Notes: a model not told the origin generated them from the letters alone. A DNA stretch of 64,000 bases from Mobula hypostoma (GCF_963921235.1 NC_086108.1:102116001-102180000); one strand, 5' to 3'. Numbered from the stretch's first letter, positions 35,201 to 50,200 are shown. Translations and numbers: made by a program.

Positions 35201-38200
35201 TGTGTTTACAGACATTCTTAATCTCTCCCTCTCCCAGTGTAGAGTGCCCTCCTGCTTCAAAACATCCACCATCGTCCCTGTACCAAAAAAGACCAAGGTA
35301 ACATGCCTGAACGACTGGCGTCCTGTCGCACTCATCTCAAAAATAAGCAAATACTTTGAGAAGCTGGACAAGGTTTACATCTGCAGAATGCTGCCACCCA
35401 CACTGGACCCACTACATTTTGCCTACCGACACAACCGATCGACAGATGCAATAGCCACTGCTTTACATACCATCCTTACACATCTAGAGAAGAAGGATGC
35501 TTATGTGAGAATGCTGTTCTTGGACTACAGTTCAGCATTCAACACCATAATTCCATCCAGGCTCGACAAGAAGCTCAGAGACCTCGGCCTTGACCCTGCC
35601 TTGTGCAGCTGGATCCTGGACTTCCTGTCAGATCACCTGCAGGTTGTAAGAGTGGGCTCCCTCACCTCCAACCCTCTGACTCTCAACACAGGAGCCCCTT
35701 AGGGCTGCATACTGAGTCCCCTCCTTTACTCCCCATATACCCATGACTGTATCGCAACCGCAGCTCCAATCCACTAATTAAATTTGCTGACGACACTACA
35801 TTGATTGGCCTTATCTCAAATACTAATTAGGTGGCCTACAGAGAAGAAGTCATCATCCTGACACAGTGGTGTCAAGAAAACAACCGCTTACTCAATGTCT
35901 CACAAACAAAGGAGCTGGTTGTGGATTCCAGGAGGAATGGAGACAGGCTAACCCCTATTGACATCAATGGATCTGGGGTTGAGAGGGTAAACAGCTTCAA
36001 ATTCCTCAGCATCCACATCACCAAGGACTCACGTGGTCTGTGCACACCAGCTGTGTGGGGAGAAAGGCACAACAGCGCCTCTCTCACCTCAGACAGTTGA
36101 GGAACTTTGGTATGGGCCACCAAATCCTAAGAACTTTCTACAGGGGTACAATTGAGAGCATCCTGACTGGTTGCATCACTGCCTGGTATGGGAACTGTAC
36201 CTCCCTTAATCACAGGACTCTGCAGAGAGTGGCGCGGACAGCCCAGTATGTCTGTAGTTGTGAACTTCCATTAGTCAGGACATTTACAAGGACAGGTGTG
36301 TAAAAAGGGCCCATAGGATCATTGGGGGCCCAAGCCATCACAGCCACAATCTATTCCAGCTGCTACCATCCGGGAAGCAAGACTGCAGCATAATAGCCAA
36401 GACCAACAGGCGCTGGGACAGTTTCTTCCACCAGGCCATCAGACTGATGAACTCACACTGACTTGAGTGTACTCTATATTACATTGACTGTTCTATTTAT
36501 TATAAATTACTATGATTGCACATTTAAATGGAAACATAATGTAAAGATTTTTATTTCTCATGTATGTGAAGGATGTAAGAAATAAGGTCAATTCAATTCA
36601 ATTCAAATTTGTGGATTTCTTTGCCACAGGCAGTTGTGGAGTCTTTCTGTATATTTAAGGCAGAGGTTGTTAGATTTTTGATTGGTCAGGGAATAAAGGG
36701 ATACAAGGAGAAGGTAGGAGATAGGGGCTGAGAAGAAAATTGAATCTGCCATGATTAAATGGCAGAGCAGACCCACCTCCCCCTCGTACCCCATCCGTTA
36801 TTTATTCCTGACGAAGGGTCTCGGCCCGAAACGTCGACTGTACCTCTTCCTAGAGATGCTGCCTGGCCTGCTGTGTTCACCAGCAACTTTGATGTGTGTT
36901 GCTATTATTTCTTTGATAGCTTTTTCCCCCAGTCATTCTTGCTAGAGTGTGCCATATCACTTCCAATGAACATCCACTGAGATGGGGAACTTCTTAACCT
37001 ACAAATTCTCAGTAGTAATTCTGCAGTACACAGATGACACTTGAGTTCTCATACACTCGTGGGTGTATGTAATATTAGTTTAAGTTAAATGGTAGGCACA
37101 ACATTGTGAGCAAGGCATTCAGACACGAACTTGAAATACCATAAAAAATGGGAGCAGAATTACACCATTTTGCCCATCCAGTCTGTTCTGCCATTTCATT
37201 ATGGCTAATCCATTTTCCCTCTAAGCCCCAATCTCCTTCCTTCTCCCTGTAACTCTTCGTGCCCTGACTAATCAAGAATCTATCAACCTTGGCCTCCACA
37301 GCCGCGTTTGGCGAAGGATTCCACAGATTCACCACACTGGCTGAATTAATACCTCCCCATCTCTGTTCCAAGAGGATGTCTCACTATTCTGGGGCTGTGT
37401 CCTCCGGGCTTAGACTCCCCAGCATCATCTCCATATTCACTCTACCAAGTCCCTTCAACATTCAGGAGGTTTCAATGAGGCCACCCCTCATGCTTCTGAA
37501 TTCCAGAGAGTAGAGGCCCAGAACCATTAAATGATCCTCATATGACAAGCCTTTCATTCCCTGAATCATTTTCATGAACCTCTTTCAAACCCCTTTCAAT
37601 GTCAGCACATCCGTTCTTAGATAAGGGGCCCAAAACTGCTCAATACTCCAAGTGAGGCTTCAGCAGCGCTTTATAAAACCTCAACATTACATCCTTGCTT
37701 TTATATTCTAGTCCTCTTAAAATATTGCTGACATTGCAGTCGCCACTGACTCAACCTGCAAATTAACTCTTTTATCAGGACGCTGGAGTAGAGATCCAAT
37801 CACAGACCCAGTACTGTGCACACGGTGATATTAATTGAGTAACAAATCCCAAGGTGCAAACAAAGTCAGTGTGAAAGTTCAGGCAGAGATCAAAACATCC
37901 AGAGAAATTCAAAAACCAGAATCGGGAAACAGGCAGAGTCAATATTCAGATGGATGGAGTTCAGATTCAAATGCTGGAAAGGCTCAGGAAAATTCACTGG
38001 CACAAACCAGTGAAAACACAGGACTGAAATACACTGAGCAAAAAACAGAGAGGCAGATGATAGGTGGAGCACAATGAGACACAGGTGGCAGCAAAACAGG
38101 TAATGATGAGAAACAGGTGAGAGGGGGAGTACTCAGTAATACAGGGACCGGAGTAGAGCAGGAATGGGACAGGAGTACAAGGGGCATAAAAACAAACAAG

Positions 38201-41200
38201 AGCACATGGCAATGCAAAACACACAAAAAGACAAAGTTCAACTGGTGGTACTGACACCTTTAGAGAATCCTGCACAAGCACTCCCAAGAAACACACACAA
38301 AATGCTGGAGGAACTCACAGACCAGGCAGTATCTATGGAAAAGAGTACAGTCAACACTTCATGCTAAGACCCTTCACAGGACTGGAGAAAAAAAGTTGAG
38401 GGGTAGATTTAAAAGGTGGGGGGGAGGGTAGAGAGAAACACAAGGTGATAGGTAAAACCTGAAGGGGGAAGGATGAAGTAAAGAGCTGGGAAGTTTATTG
38501 ATGAAGGAGATACAGGGCTGAAGAAGGAGGAGTCAGATAGAAGAGGGCAGAAGACCATGGAAGAAAGAAAGGCCATGGAGCACCAGAGGGAGGCAATGGG
38601 TAAGCAAGGAAATAAGGTGAGAGAGGGAAAAAGAGATGGGGAATGGTGAAGGGGGATGTTCGAGAAATCAATGATCATGTCATCAGGTTGGAAGCTACAA
38701 ATTTCCTCCAACCCAAGTGTGGCCTCATCACGACAGTGGAGAAGGCCATGGATAGATATTGTGTATGTGGCCGGTTTACACAACAAAGCTATAAATAAAA
38801 CGCTGGAGACTGGAGCTAAGTCAGCAGGGTTCTTTACTAACTAAAACTGAACTGAACACACATATATACAGATCCATACGCACTTAATAGCGCATGCTCA
38901 ATACGCTGTATTAGTACAACATAAAGTAGTCCTATATTATATAGTAGGTTATATGGTACAACAGACATATCAAAATGTGAAAGGGAAGTGGAGTTAAAAT
39001 GAGTGGCCACTGGGAAATCCCTCTTCTACTGGTGGACAGAGCACAGGTGCTTGGTGAAGTGGTCTCCCAATCTATGTTGGGTCTCACCGATATACAGGAG
39101 GCCACACCAGGAGCATTGGACATAGTACATAACTCCAACAGACTCATAGGTGAAGTGTCGCCTTACCTGGAAGGATTGTTTGAGGCCATGAATGGTAGTG
39201 AGGGAAAAGGTGTAGGGGCAGGCATAGCACTTGTTCTGCTTGCAAGGATAAGAGACAGGAGGGAGATCAGTGGGGAGGGATGAATGGACAAGGGAGTCAC
39301 ATAGACAGAGATCCCTGCAGAAAGCAAGCAAGTTGGGGAGAGGGAAAGATGTACTTAATGGTGAGATCCCATTGGAGATGTCGGAAGTTACAGGGAATTA
39401 TGTGCTGGACACGGATGCTGGTGGGGTGATAAGTGAGAACAAGAAGAACCCTATCTCTGGTGAGGTGGCGGCTGGATGGGGTGGGGCAGATGTGCACAAA
39501 ATTCAAGAGATGCAGATGAGGGCAGCGTTGAAGGAAGAGGAAGGATGCCCCTCTCTTTGAAAACGGAGAACATCCCCTTAGTTCTTAAATGAAAAGCCTC
39601 ATACTGAGAACAGATGTGGGGAGTGTAGGCTTGAAACATAGACTGTTCTACAGGGGATGTGCTTTGTGGTGGGATCCCGCTGGAGATGGCGGAGGTTACA
39701 GAGAATTATGTGCCGGACACAGAGGCTGGTGGGGCGGTAGGTGAGGACAAGAGGAATCCTATCCCTAGTAGGGTCGCAGGAGGATGGGGTGAGAGCAGAT
39801 GTGTGTGAAATGGAAGAGGTGCAGTTGAGGGCAACGTTGATGGTGGAGGAAGGGAAGCCCCTTTCTTTGAAGAAGAAGGGCATCTCCTTCATTCTGGAAT
39901 GAAAAGAATGAAAAGCCTCGTCCTGAGAGCAGATGCAGCAGATATGGGGGAATTGAGAGAAGGGGGGTGGTGTTATTACAAGTAACAGGGTGGGAGGAGG
40001 TATAGCCCAAGTAGTTATGAGAGTCCGTGGGTTTGTAATAGACATCGCTAAATAAGCTGTCCCAGAGATACAGACAAAGAGATCGAGAAAGGTGGGGGGA
40101 GGTGTCGGAAATGGACCAGGTAAATTCGAGGGCATGGTGGAAGATGGAGGCAAAGTGGATGAAGTCAGTGAATTCCACATGGGGGCAGGAGCAACACCAT
40201 TGCACTCATTGATGTAGCATAGGAGAAGTGTGGAACGGTCACCAGTGTATGTTTGGAACATAGTAGTGGGGCCCATGGCTACACTTTTTTTTTGAAGCAA
40301 GTGGGAGGACCTAGAGGAGAAATTATTTAGAGTGAGAACAAGTTTTGCTAGGTGGAGGAGAGTGGTGGTGGAGGGGAACTGGTTGCGTCTGGTGTCCAGA
40401 AAGAAATGGAGAGATTTGAGGCTTTCCTGGTGGGGGGATGGAGGTGTATAGGGACTGAACATCCATAATAAAAATAAAATGATGCTGGGCTAGGGAACCT
40501 GAAACCATTGAAAGGATCCAGAGTGTGTGAAATGTCACGTATGTAGGTAGAAAGGGACTGAACCAGGGGGATAAAACAGTCAAGGTATGCAGGTATGAGT
40601 TCAGTGGGCTAAAAGAATGGGTCTTCCTGGACAAGTAGATTTGTGGATCTTGCATAGAAAGAAGAAATGGGAGGTGCGGGGTGCAGGAACTATGAGTTTG
40701 GTGGCAGTGGATGGAAGACCCCCAGAGTTAATAAGCTTGGTGATGGTGTAGGAGACAATAGCCTAGTGCTCTTTAGTGGGGTCCTGTTCAGGTGGTAAAT
40801 AAGAGCAGGTGTCTGAGAGTTGGTGCTGGGCCTCAGCAAGGTCGAGCTCAGTACACCAGACTACTACAGCACCTCCCATATCTCCAGGTTTGATGGTACG
40901 TTTGGGATTGGTGCAGAGGGAGTGGAGAGCCGAGCATTCGGAAGGAGTGAGATTGGAATTGGAGAGAGGAGCTCACAGCTACCTGAACCATACATCCTCA
41001 CACCCTGGACAACATAGTTTCCATTGCCAACATAGCAGGCCAACAACTCACTAACCCTAAGCGTACATCTTTGGAATGTGGGAGGAAACCAGAGCACCCG
41101 AAGGAAAGCTGAGCGGTCACAGTGAAAACGTATAAACTCCGTACAGAAATCAGTGGAATCAAACCATGATCAGTGAACACTGACGTGGTAAAGTAATTGT

Positions 41201-44200
41201 GCCAACCACCTTGATACCGTGCTGCCCTACGTGAGACTGGTCAGTTTCTACATCAACTCCTACATCAGTCACCTATGAATCCATAAAACTAGTGTGGAAG
41301 CCATTCTTAATTCCAAAGGTCTAAAACATGCAGAAGATATTTGTGGGAGGAGACCATATGCAAATCACTTCCTTGATTTCTCATGAACATTGTCTATAGT
41401 TCAATTGTACTTCAGGACCTGTTGAATCATGTCACTTTATGAATGGAACGTGAATAATACTTTGTAATTGCATCCTTCTCTTTCTTTCATATGCGCTTAC
41501 CTGCGCCATCATCCAGAAGATCGATGCTGACAGGACTGCTGTCTGCCCGTTCCACCGTGGCTATCACATTTGCGTGAAGGACGGGTAAGAAACCATGACT
41601 GACTTCTGCAAAAATGACCAGAGGTTGTGGCCATGTTGATATATCTTGATTGATGTGTCCGTTGACAGTGACAGGGGGAACTTTCTCATCTGCTGCACGG
41701 GATGTCACTGTGATGGTTACATCCTCATCTCTGGAAGCCTTATTCTGCATCGCATATGTCCATTCTCCAATCTGATAGAAAAGTTAAGCCATTTTAATTT
41801 GAAACAAAGGAGACCAAAAGAAAAAAAAGAAAAAGATAAACACAAAATCCAATAAGAGCCATACCTCTGCTGTGCCAGGAATGGCAAGCCTGCCTGTATG
41901 TAAAGAAGAGTCCATCTCGAAGTTTACATCTTTGTAAATGTTTCCAAGAGGGTCTTGTACAAAGACAGATGGTGCAGTATTCTGCCATGTGATTACAAAG
42001 GAAGTATCATTCCCAATGGTTTTATCAATGTAAACCGTGCCATTGAACCAACTATTCCTGTTAATTCTCTTTGCAGAACTTTCAACCTGTAAACCAAACA
42101 GGAAAAAATATTAAACTGATGAGGTATTTCACTTTCAACCAGTAAAGTATTGAAAAGTTGTTCTAAGAAACAAACCTGGATTGACTGTTGGCTAATGTTG
42201 CCATTTCCGGATACTAATCCAGTGAAAGCATCAATTAAACCATTTTCATCTACATTATCTGTGACCGAAAAGCTCAAACCACCTGATAATTGAAGAATAA
42301 GAAATTGTAGAATTAATATAGAGATCAGTAATCACTAAAAAGGGAAAATCTTTCCTCAAAATTTAAGTTATACTGTTCAATATAAAACGAATGAGTCAAC
42401 AAAATAAATGCAAATGTGGCTTTATTTCAGGAAAAACATAGGAACAAGCCATTCTGGTCCAAAGAGCCCCTGCTACCCAATTGCAGCCAAGTGACCAATT
42501 AATCTAATAATCGGTACTTCTTTGGAATATAGGAGGAAACTGGAGCACTCAGAGGAAACCCACATGGTCGTAGGGAGAATGTACAATCTCCTTACAGACG
42601 GCGGCTGGAATTGAACCTGAGTTGATAGCACTGTTAAAGCATTGCACTAACTACTACAAACAACAGGAATTCTGCAGATGCTGGAAATTCAAGCAACACA
42701 CATCAAAGTTGCTGGTGAACGCAGCAGGCCAGGCAGCATCTCTAGGAAGAGGTACAGTTGATGTTTCAGGCCGAGACCCTTCGTTGAAGTTAGTCCTGAT
42801 GAAGGGTCTCGGCCTGAAACGTTGACTGTACCTCTTCCTAGAGATGCTGCCTGGCCTGCTGCGTTCACCAGCAACTTTGATGTGTGTTGCACTAACTACC
42901 ACGTTACTGTGCTGTCCAGCTGTAGCTGGGTTTGTGACAGGGGGCAGAAATTCATCTGTAACGGGATGAATCCCTGTCTCTGCACTAAAATGGACCAGGT
43001 TGTACTTGGATTTTGTGAAGTGCATTGATCATATAATCTCAAAATCTGCTTCCAGGCAGTGTATCCAGCTCATGACAACATGTCAGATAAAATCATTCAT
43101 ATAAGGGGGATGTCAGAAGTAAGTTCTTTACACCAAGAGTGGTGGGTGTTTGGAACACCCTGCCCAGGGTGGTGGTGGAGGTAGATACATCAGAGGCACT
43201 TAAGAAAATCTTTGATAGGCACACGAATAATAGTAAAATGGAGGGCTATGGAGGAAGGAAGGGTTTGATTGTTCTCACAGTAAGTTAACAGTTTGGCAAA
43301 ACATCATGGGCCAAAGGACCAGTACTGTACTGTAATGTTCTATGTTCATTTCTTATCAACAGTTCTTTCCCTGACTACCTTAAATATACAGAAAGTAACC
43401 AAAAGATACCGGAGGAACTCAGTGGGTCAGACAACATTTATGGAGGGAAGTGAACAGTTGGCATTTCACGTACAGACCCTTTATTGGGACTGAAAGATAG
43501 AGGAAATATCCAGTATGAAGAGGTGAATGCAAAGGGTGTAACAAGAGCTGACTAGCGATAGGTGGATCCTAGTGTAGAGAGCTGATAGGCAGACAGAGGA
43601 GAGCAGAGTGGAAGTAGTGACATGAGCCAGGAGGTGATAGATGTAGGTGACACAGGTGATAGAATCTAATAGGAGAGAAAGATGGAGCACAGAATCCAGG
43701 GAGCTGTGGAAGGCAAATGGGAGGGGAACCAGTGGGAGGAGTGAGTGGGTGTACTTGCTTTGAAGTTGCCATGTCATCTGAAACTGTGACAAACTTTTAT
43801 AGATGCATGGTGGAAAGTGTACGACCTGGTTGCATTATGGCCTGGAATGGAAAAGACTACAAGAGTAGTGGATACGGCCCAGTCCATCATGTGTAAAACC
43901 CGCCCAACCATTGAGCACATCTACAAGGAGTGCTGACGCAGGAAAGCAGTATCCATCATCAAGGACCTTCATGCATAGCATCCAGGCCATGCTCTCTTGT
44001 CTCTGCTACCAGCGGAAAGGAAACACAAGAGCCACCAGGTTCAGGAACAGATATTAGCCCTCAACCATCAGGCTCCTGAACCAGTGTGGCTAACTTCACT
44101 CACCCCCAACACTGAACTGATTCCACAACTTGTACACTCACTTTAAAGGACTGTACAACTCATGGTCTTGATATTTATTGCTTTTTTTTTGTTATTATTT

Positions 44201-47200
44201 TGTTTAATTTTTCTCCTTTTTCATATTTACACAATTTTCTGGCTTTTGCACATTGGTTGGTTGTCCACCTCTGTTCTGTGAGGTTTTTCATTGACTCTAT
44301 TTTGCTCCTTTGTATTTACTCTGAATGCCCACAAGAAAATTAATCTCAGGGTAGTATATGGTGACGTGCATGTAATTTGACAATAAATAGTTCAGGAGGA
44401 GGAAGAAAAGGGAACGAGGGGGAACTTCCTGGAAGTTAGTGAATTCAATGTTCATTCCATTGTATTGGAGATGGTTCAGGTGGAATATGAGATGCTTTCC
44501 CTCCATGTTGTGTTTAGCCTTACCTTATTACTGGAGAAGGGGAGGAGTCACATATCAGTGTGAGAATAGGGAGGAGAATTAATAGTGGAACATCACTTGC
44601 CAGCTCTTGCTCTACGCTTCCAATCATGTTTTTAAGTGCTATCTCCCCCTCTGCTCCCTCAGTCGAGATGAAGAGTCTCATCCCAAAATGTTGACTGTCC
44701 ATTTCCCTCCAAAGATGCTACTTGACTTGCTGAGAGGCTCCAGCATCTTGTGTGTTGCTCCAGATTCCAGAACCAGCAGTCTCTTGTGGCTCAACCTTAT
44801 GTACACACATGTAATTAGAGGAAAGTATAGGGGAACATTAGAGGCAAGTTCTTTATACAGAGAGTGATGTGTGCAGGAAACACCCCTCCAGAGTTTGTGG
44901 CAGAGGCAGAAACATTCGGGGCATTTACGAAACTCTTAGATAGGTGCATGGCTGATAGAAAAAATGCAGGGCTGTGTAGAAGGGAATGGTTAGTTAGATT
45001 GATCTTAGTGTACGTTAAAACATCAGTGAAACATCATGGACAGAAGTGCCAGTATTGTGCTGTGCTGTTCTATGTTATCAGACATGTTGATTGAATCATC
45101 TTACACACCAGAAACATATGTGGGCCTAAATGGTCCTCAGGCTCAGTTCCAAAATCACTTAAAACATTGACCTGATATCAACTTGCCCAATCACTGTCCG
45201 ATCCACAAGCCCAGATGTCATCATCAATCCATTTAACTGTGTATTCCTTGCCTGTCATAATGGATAGTTGCTCCAGTTCCACAGCCGCACTTGGACCTAA
45301 TGCAATGGTGTGGATAATAGCTCCACTTTGTTCCACATCTCCAAAGCAACTGCTTATAGTAGAGTCCTCCCCATCAGTCAGCACAACCAGTTCATCACCA
45401 TTTGTGGCACCATCGTCTCTACGAAGTACCTGAACAACAATCAGTTCTCATCAACAGGGGGAAATAAATAACAATCATAAAAAATCATTCCTGAAATTGC
45501 ATCGTACTTACCTGAAAACCATACCGAATCCCATTACAGATATCTGTTCCACCACCTGCTGATGTAGGCAGAAAGTTTATAAGCTCCTTTCTCACATCGT
45601 CATTGTCAATTGGCGTCAGATGCTTTTTAATAATTGCAGTGTGGTCAAAAGTAACGATGCCAACCTGGGATCCAGGTTCAATGATCTGCATCAGGAATAT
45701 CGAAGCTGCCTGTCTGAGCCTGGGAATTCGGTTTGACTATTTTCATAAAGAAGATAAACCAGATCAGAAGTTCAACTCCGTGCTTTAATGCTATGTATCT
45801 CAGAGAAAAATCAAATGAATTTTTCAATATAATTTCAATAAGGTTCCATCAATTCCATTATGGATCTCAGTGTACTTAAAGTAGGGGACTTCATCTCTGG
45901 ACTGGTATTGAGGAAATGCAGGATATTCCCCTTGAACATTTCACTTTCCACCTTTAACCCATGACCTCTGTTTCTAGTCTCACGCAACCTCAGTGGAAAA
46001 AGCGTGCTTGCATTTACCCTATATCTACTTGATATTGTATAACTCTTTCAAATCTCCCCTCATTCTACTATGCTCTAGAGAATAACTTCCTCACCTATTC
46101 AACCTTTCCCTATAACTCAGGTCCTCAAGTCCCGGCAACATCCTTGTAAATTTTCTCCACACTCTTTAAATGTTATTGACATCCTTTCTATAGGTAGTTG
46201 ACCAAAACTGCTCACAACAATCCATATTAAGCCTCATCAATGTTTAATACAACTTCAACATAACATCCCAACTCCTGTACTCGATACTTTGATGTGTGGA
46301 GGCCAATGTGTCATAATCTCTCTTTATCTACATGTGATGCTACTTTCAAGATATTATGGATGTGTATTCCCAGGACCCTCTATTCTACGCACTCCTCAGT
46401 GCCCTACCACTCACCTTGTAACTCCTACCTTTATTTGTCCTCCCAAAGTGCAACATTTCACACTTTAAATTCCAGCATGTGCAGAACCTCTTATGTCTTA
46501 AATCCCATCTGCCATTTTCAACCCATTTCAGATTGATCCTTGAAATACTTTACCAGATCCTGCTTGGATGGACAACCAAAATGCTAGGATGAAGTCCCTA
46601 ACTACATGATATTACACATAGACACCTCAAATGAAGGGATTATTCCTCAGTATAAACCAACACTGTTATTTCATACCGCACCCATGCTTCCAGAGTCATC
46701 AAGAACTAAGCATAGCACTCGATCCTTAGCATGCAGTAGAGTAAATGTCGGCACAAGGGATGGAGTGTTATGAGCTGGAGGGTTATTCTTGAAGTCCTCT
46801 GATTGACTGATCACGTCCCAAGTGCTCCTGTAATTGCACATTTTGTTCTGCATAGTTGGTGCTTCAGGATTGTGGCTGCCATTGTCACAGAATTCAACCA
46901 CCTGAAAATAAGGATGTAAGAAATGTCAGTGTCTGTCAGCATTTGCAGGTTTGTTTACTGGGTTTCAGTTCAACTGGTGGAAATTTACCCCTGAGCCAGA
47001 AAGCTGCTTGATGATCGAGGCTTATTTGATTATCTGCCTATGTGATCCTTGCTAGTTCTGCATTCCCTCTGCAAACTTTGCTTCCATGGTGTAATCTGAG
47101 GACTTGAACCAATGACTACATTCCAGAGGACAGAATGGGCAACAATATGTAGCATTATTAGGGGTAAGCATGGTATCATAGAGGTTAGCTTAATCACTGT

Positions 47201-50200
47201 ATAGTGTCAAGTGTAAGATTGGGTCCAATTCCCACCATGGTCTATAAGGAGTTTGTATGTTCTCCCCATGACTCCATGGGTTACCTCTGGCTACTCTGGA
47301 TTCCTCCCACAATTCAAGACCTACTGTCAGGGCTAGTAAGTTGTAGGCCTGCTATATTGGTATCGTAAGTGCGGTAACAATTGTGCGCTGCCCCCAGCAC
47401 AATCCACACTGATTTGATTTGATGCAAATGACACATTTCCTCTGTACGTTTCAAAATAAATCTTTATCATTCTTAATAATTTGCCTTTACTTACACCAGC
47501 TATAGCTCAACGAAGTCCAATTTTATGAGAGAAAAATGAATCAATTAACTTTTAATATTGTGATAGTGTAGAACTAAGTTTGGGGAAATGTAATTTCTAA
47601 GTGGGGTAAATCATACTATTGTATTCTATTCTAGTGGAATGAAAATCTGACTTCTGGCCTTCATAACACATGCACCATGGTTACTTGATAGGGTACCTAA
47701 AATAAGTAGGGATTTTGTCTTTTAATCAATTTATAAATGTTCATCTGCTGTTCCAGAAATTGTTTTCAGAAAGAAATTGCCAGTTCAACTTACATCTTTT
47801 AATCCTTGGAGATACATTATCGAAGCTGTTGTTGTCTGACTTTTATCTGGGAAAAACTTACAATCACCAATTGGGGGACCGATGATACCACAGGGAAAAC
47901 AGGAAGTTCCTCTGCATGAGAGAATCTTTCCTGTTATCTCTTTAGTACACCTGAACGTGAGAACAAACCAAAAAATATTTAAATTAATTTCCAGGATACA
48001 CAAGAAACAAAAACTAAATCTGGAGATACAAATAACTGCAGACACGAGGAATTCTGCAGATGCTGGAAATTCAAGAAACACACATCAAAGTTTCTGGTGA
48101 ACGCAGCAGGCCAGGCAGCATCTCTAGGAAGGGGTACAGTCGATGTTTCAGGCCGAGACCTTTCGTCAGGACTAACTGAAGGAAGAGTTAGTAAGAGATT
48201 TGAAAGTGGGAGGGAGAGGGGGAGATCGAAAATGATAGGAGAAGACAGGAAAGGGAGGGATGGAGCCAAGAGCTGGACAGGTGATTGGCAAAGGGGATAT
48301 GAGAGGATCATGGGACAGGAGGTCCGGGGAGAAAGATAAGGGGTGGGGGGGAAACCAGAGGATGGGCAAGGGGTATAGTCATAGGGACAGAGGGAGAAAA
48401 AGGAGAGTGAGAGAAAGAATGTGTGTATATAAATAAATAACGGATGGGGTACGAGGGGGAGGTGGGGCATTAGCGGAAGTTAGAGAAGTCGATGTTCATG
48501 CCATCAGGTTGGAGGCTACCCAGACGGAATATAAAATGTTGCTCCTCCAACCTGAGTGTGGCCTCATCTTTACCTCCTGTCCCATGATCTTCTCATATCC
48601 CCTTTGCCAATCACCTGTACAGCTCTTGGCACAATCCCTCCCCCTCCTGTCTTCTCCTATCATTTTGGATCTCCCCCTCCCCCTCCCACTTTCAAATCTC
48701 TTACTAACTCTTCCTTCAGTTAGTCCTGATGAAGCGTCTCGGCCTGAAACATCGACTGTACCCCTTCCTAGAGATGCTGCCTGGCCTGCTGCATTCACCA
48801 GCAACTGAGAATGGGAATGGGATGTGGAATTAAAATGTGTGGCCACTGGGAGATCCAGCTTTCTCTGGCGGACAGAGCGTAGGTGTTCAGCAAAACAATC
48901 CCCCAGTCTGCGTCGGGTGTCGCCAATATATAGAAGGCCACATCAGGAGCACCGGACGCAGCATATCACCCCAGCCGACTCACAGGCGAAGTGTTGCCTC
49001 ACCTGGAAGGACTGTCTGGGGCCCTGAATGGTGGTAAGGGAGGAAGCGTAAGGGCATGTGTAGCACTTTTTCCGCTTGCAAGGATAAGTGGCAGGAGGGA
49101 GATCAGTGGGGAGGGATGGGGTGACGAATGGACAAGGGAGTCGCGTAGGGACTCTCCCCCATTTCACGCACATCTGCTCTCACTCCATCCTCCCACTACC
49201 CCACTAGGAATAGGGTTCCCCTGGTCCTCACCTACCACTCCACCAGCCTCCGGGTCCAACATATTATTCTCCATAACTTCCGCCACCTCCAATGTTATCC
49301 CACCACTAAGCACATCTTTCCCTCCCCCCCCCCGCTTTCCGCAGGGATCGCTCCCTACGCGACTCCCTTGTCCATTCGTCTGACTGTGTCAGAGGGGCTG
49401 GTCGGAGGCTCGATGTATTCCGACGGACTCAGAGTCCGCTGCGGTCGGGTGCTTCCAATGGTGCTGCATCGGCAAGTTGGCGGCACTTGGACGTTCATGG
49501 CAGGGAGAGTTCCTCCCTTCTGCCGCCTGTGTGAGATGATGAGTCTATCCAGACTTTGAGCCTTTTTTTACCGTGCCCATGGTCTGCTCTTTATCAAATT
49601 ATGGTATTGCTTTGCACTGTTGTAACTATATGTTATAATTATGTGGTTTTCTCAGTTTTAGTCTTGGTTTGTCCTGTGTTTTCTTGTGATACCATTCTGC
49701 AGACGTATTATTGTTTAATGCATGCATTTCTAAATGACAATAAACGAGGACTGAGTGTTGTCATAATCTAATCTAAAAAGCATCCTCTCCACCTACAGTT
49801 TATCGAGGTCTTTCAACATGACATAGTTTCAATTAGATCCCCCTTCATTCTTCTGAATTTCAGTGAATAGAGGCCCAGAGCCATCAAATGCTCCGCATAT
49901 GATAAGCCTTTCAATCCCAGAATCATTTTCGTGAACCTCTTTTGAACCCTTTCAAACATCAGCATATCCTTCTTCAAATAAGGGGCCCCAAACTGCTCAA
50001 AATACTCCGTGTGTGGCCTCACTGGTGCGTTATAAAGCTTCAGCATTACATCCTTGCTTTTATGTCCTCTTGAAATGAATGCTAACATTGCACTTGCCTT
50101 CCTCACCACTGACTCAACCCACAAATGAACTTCGAGGAATCCTGCATGACTTTCAAGTCCCTTTGCACCTCCAATTTTTAAATTTTCTCTCCATTTAGAA

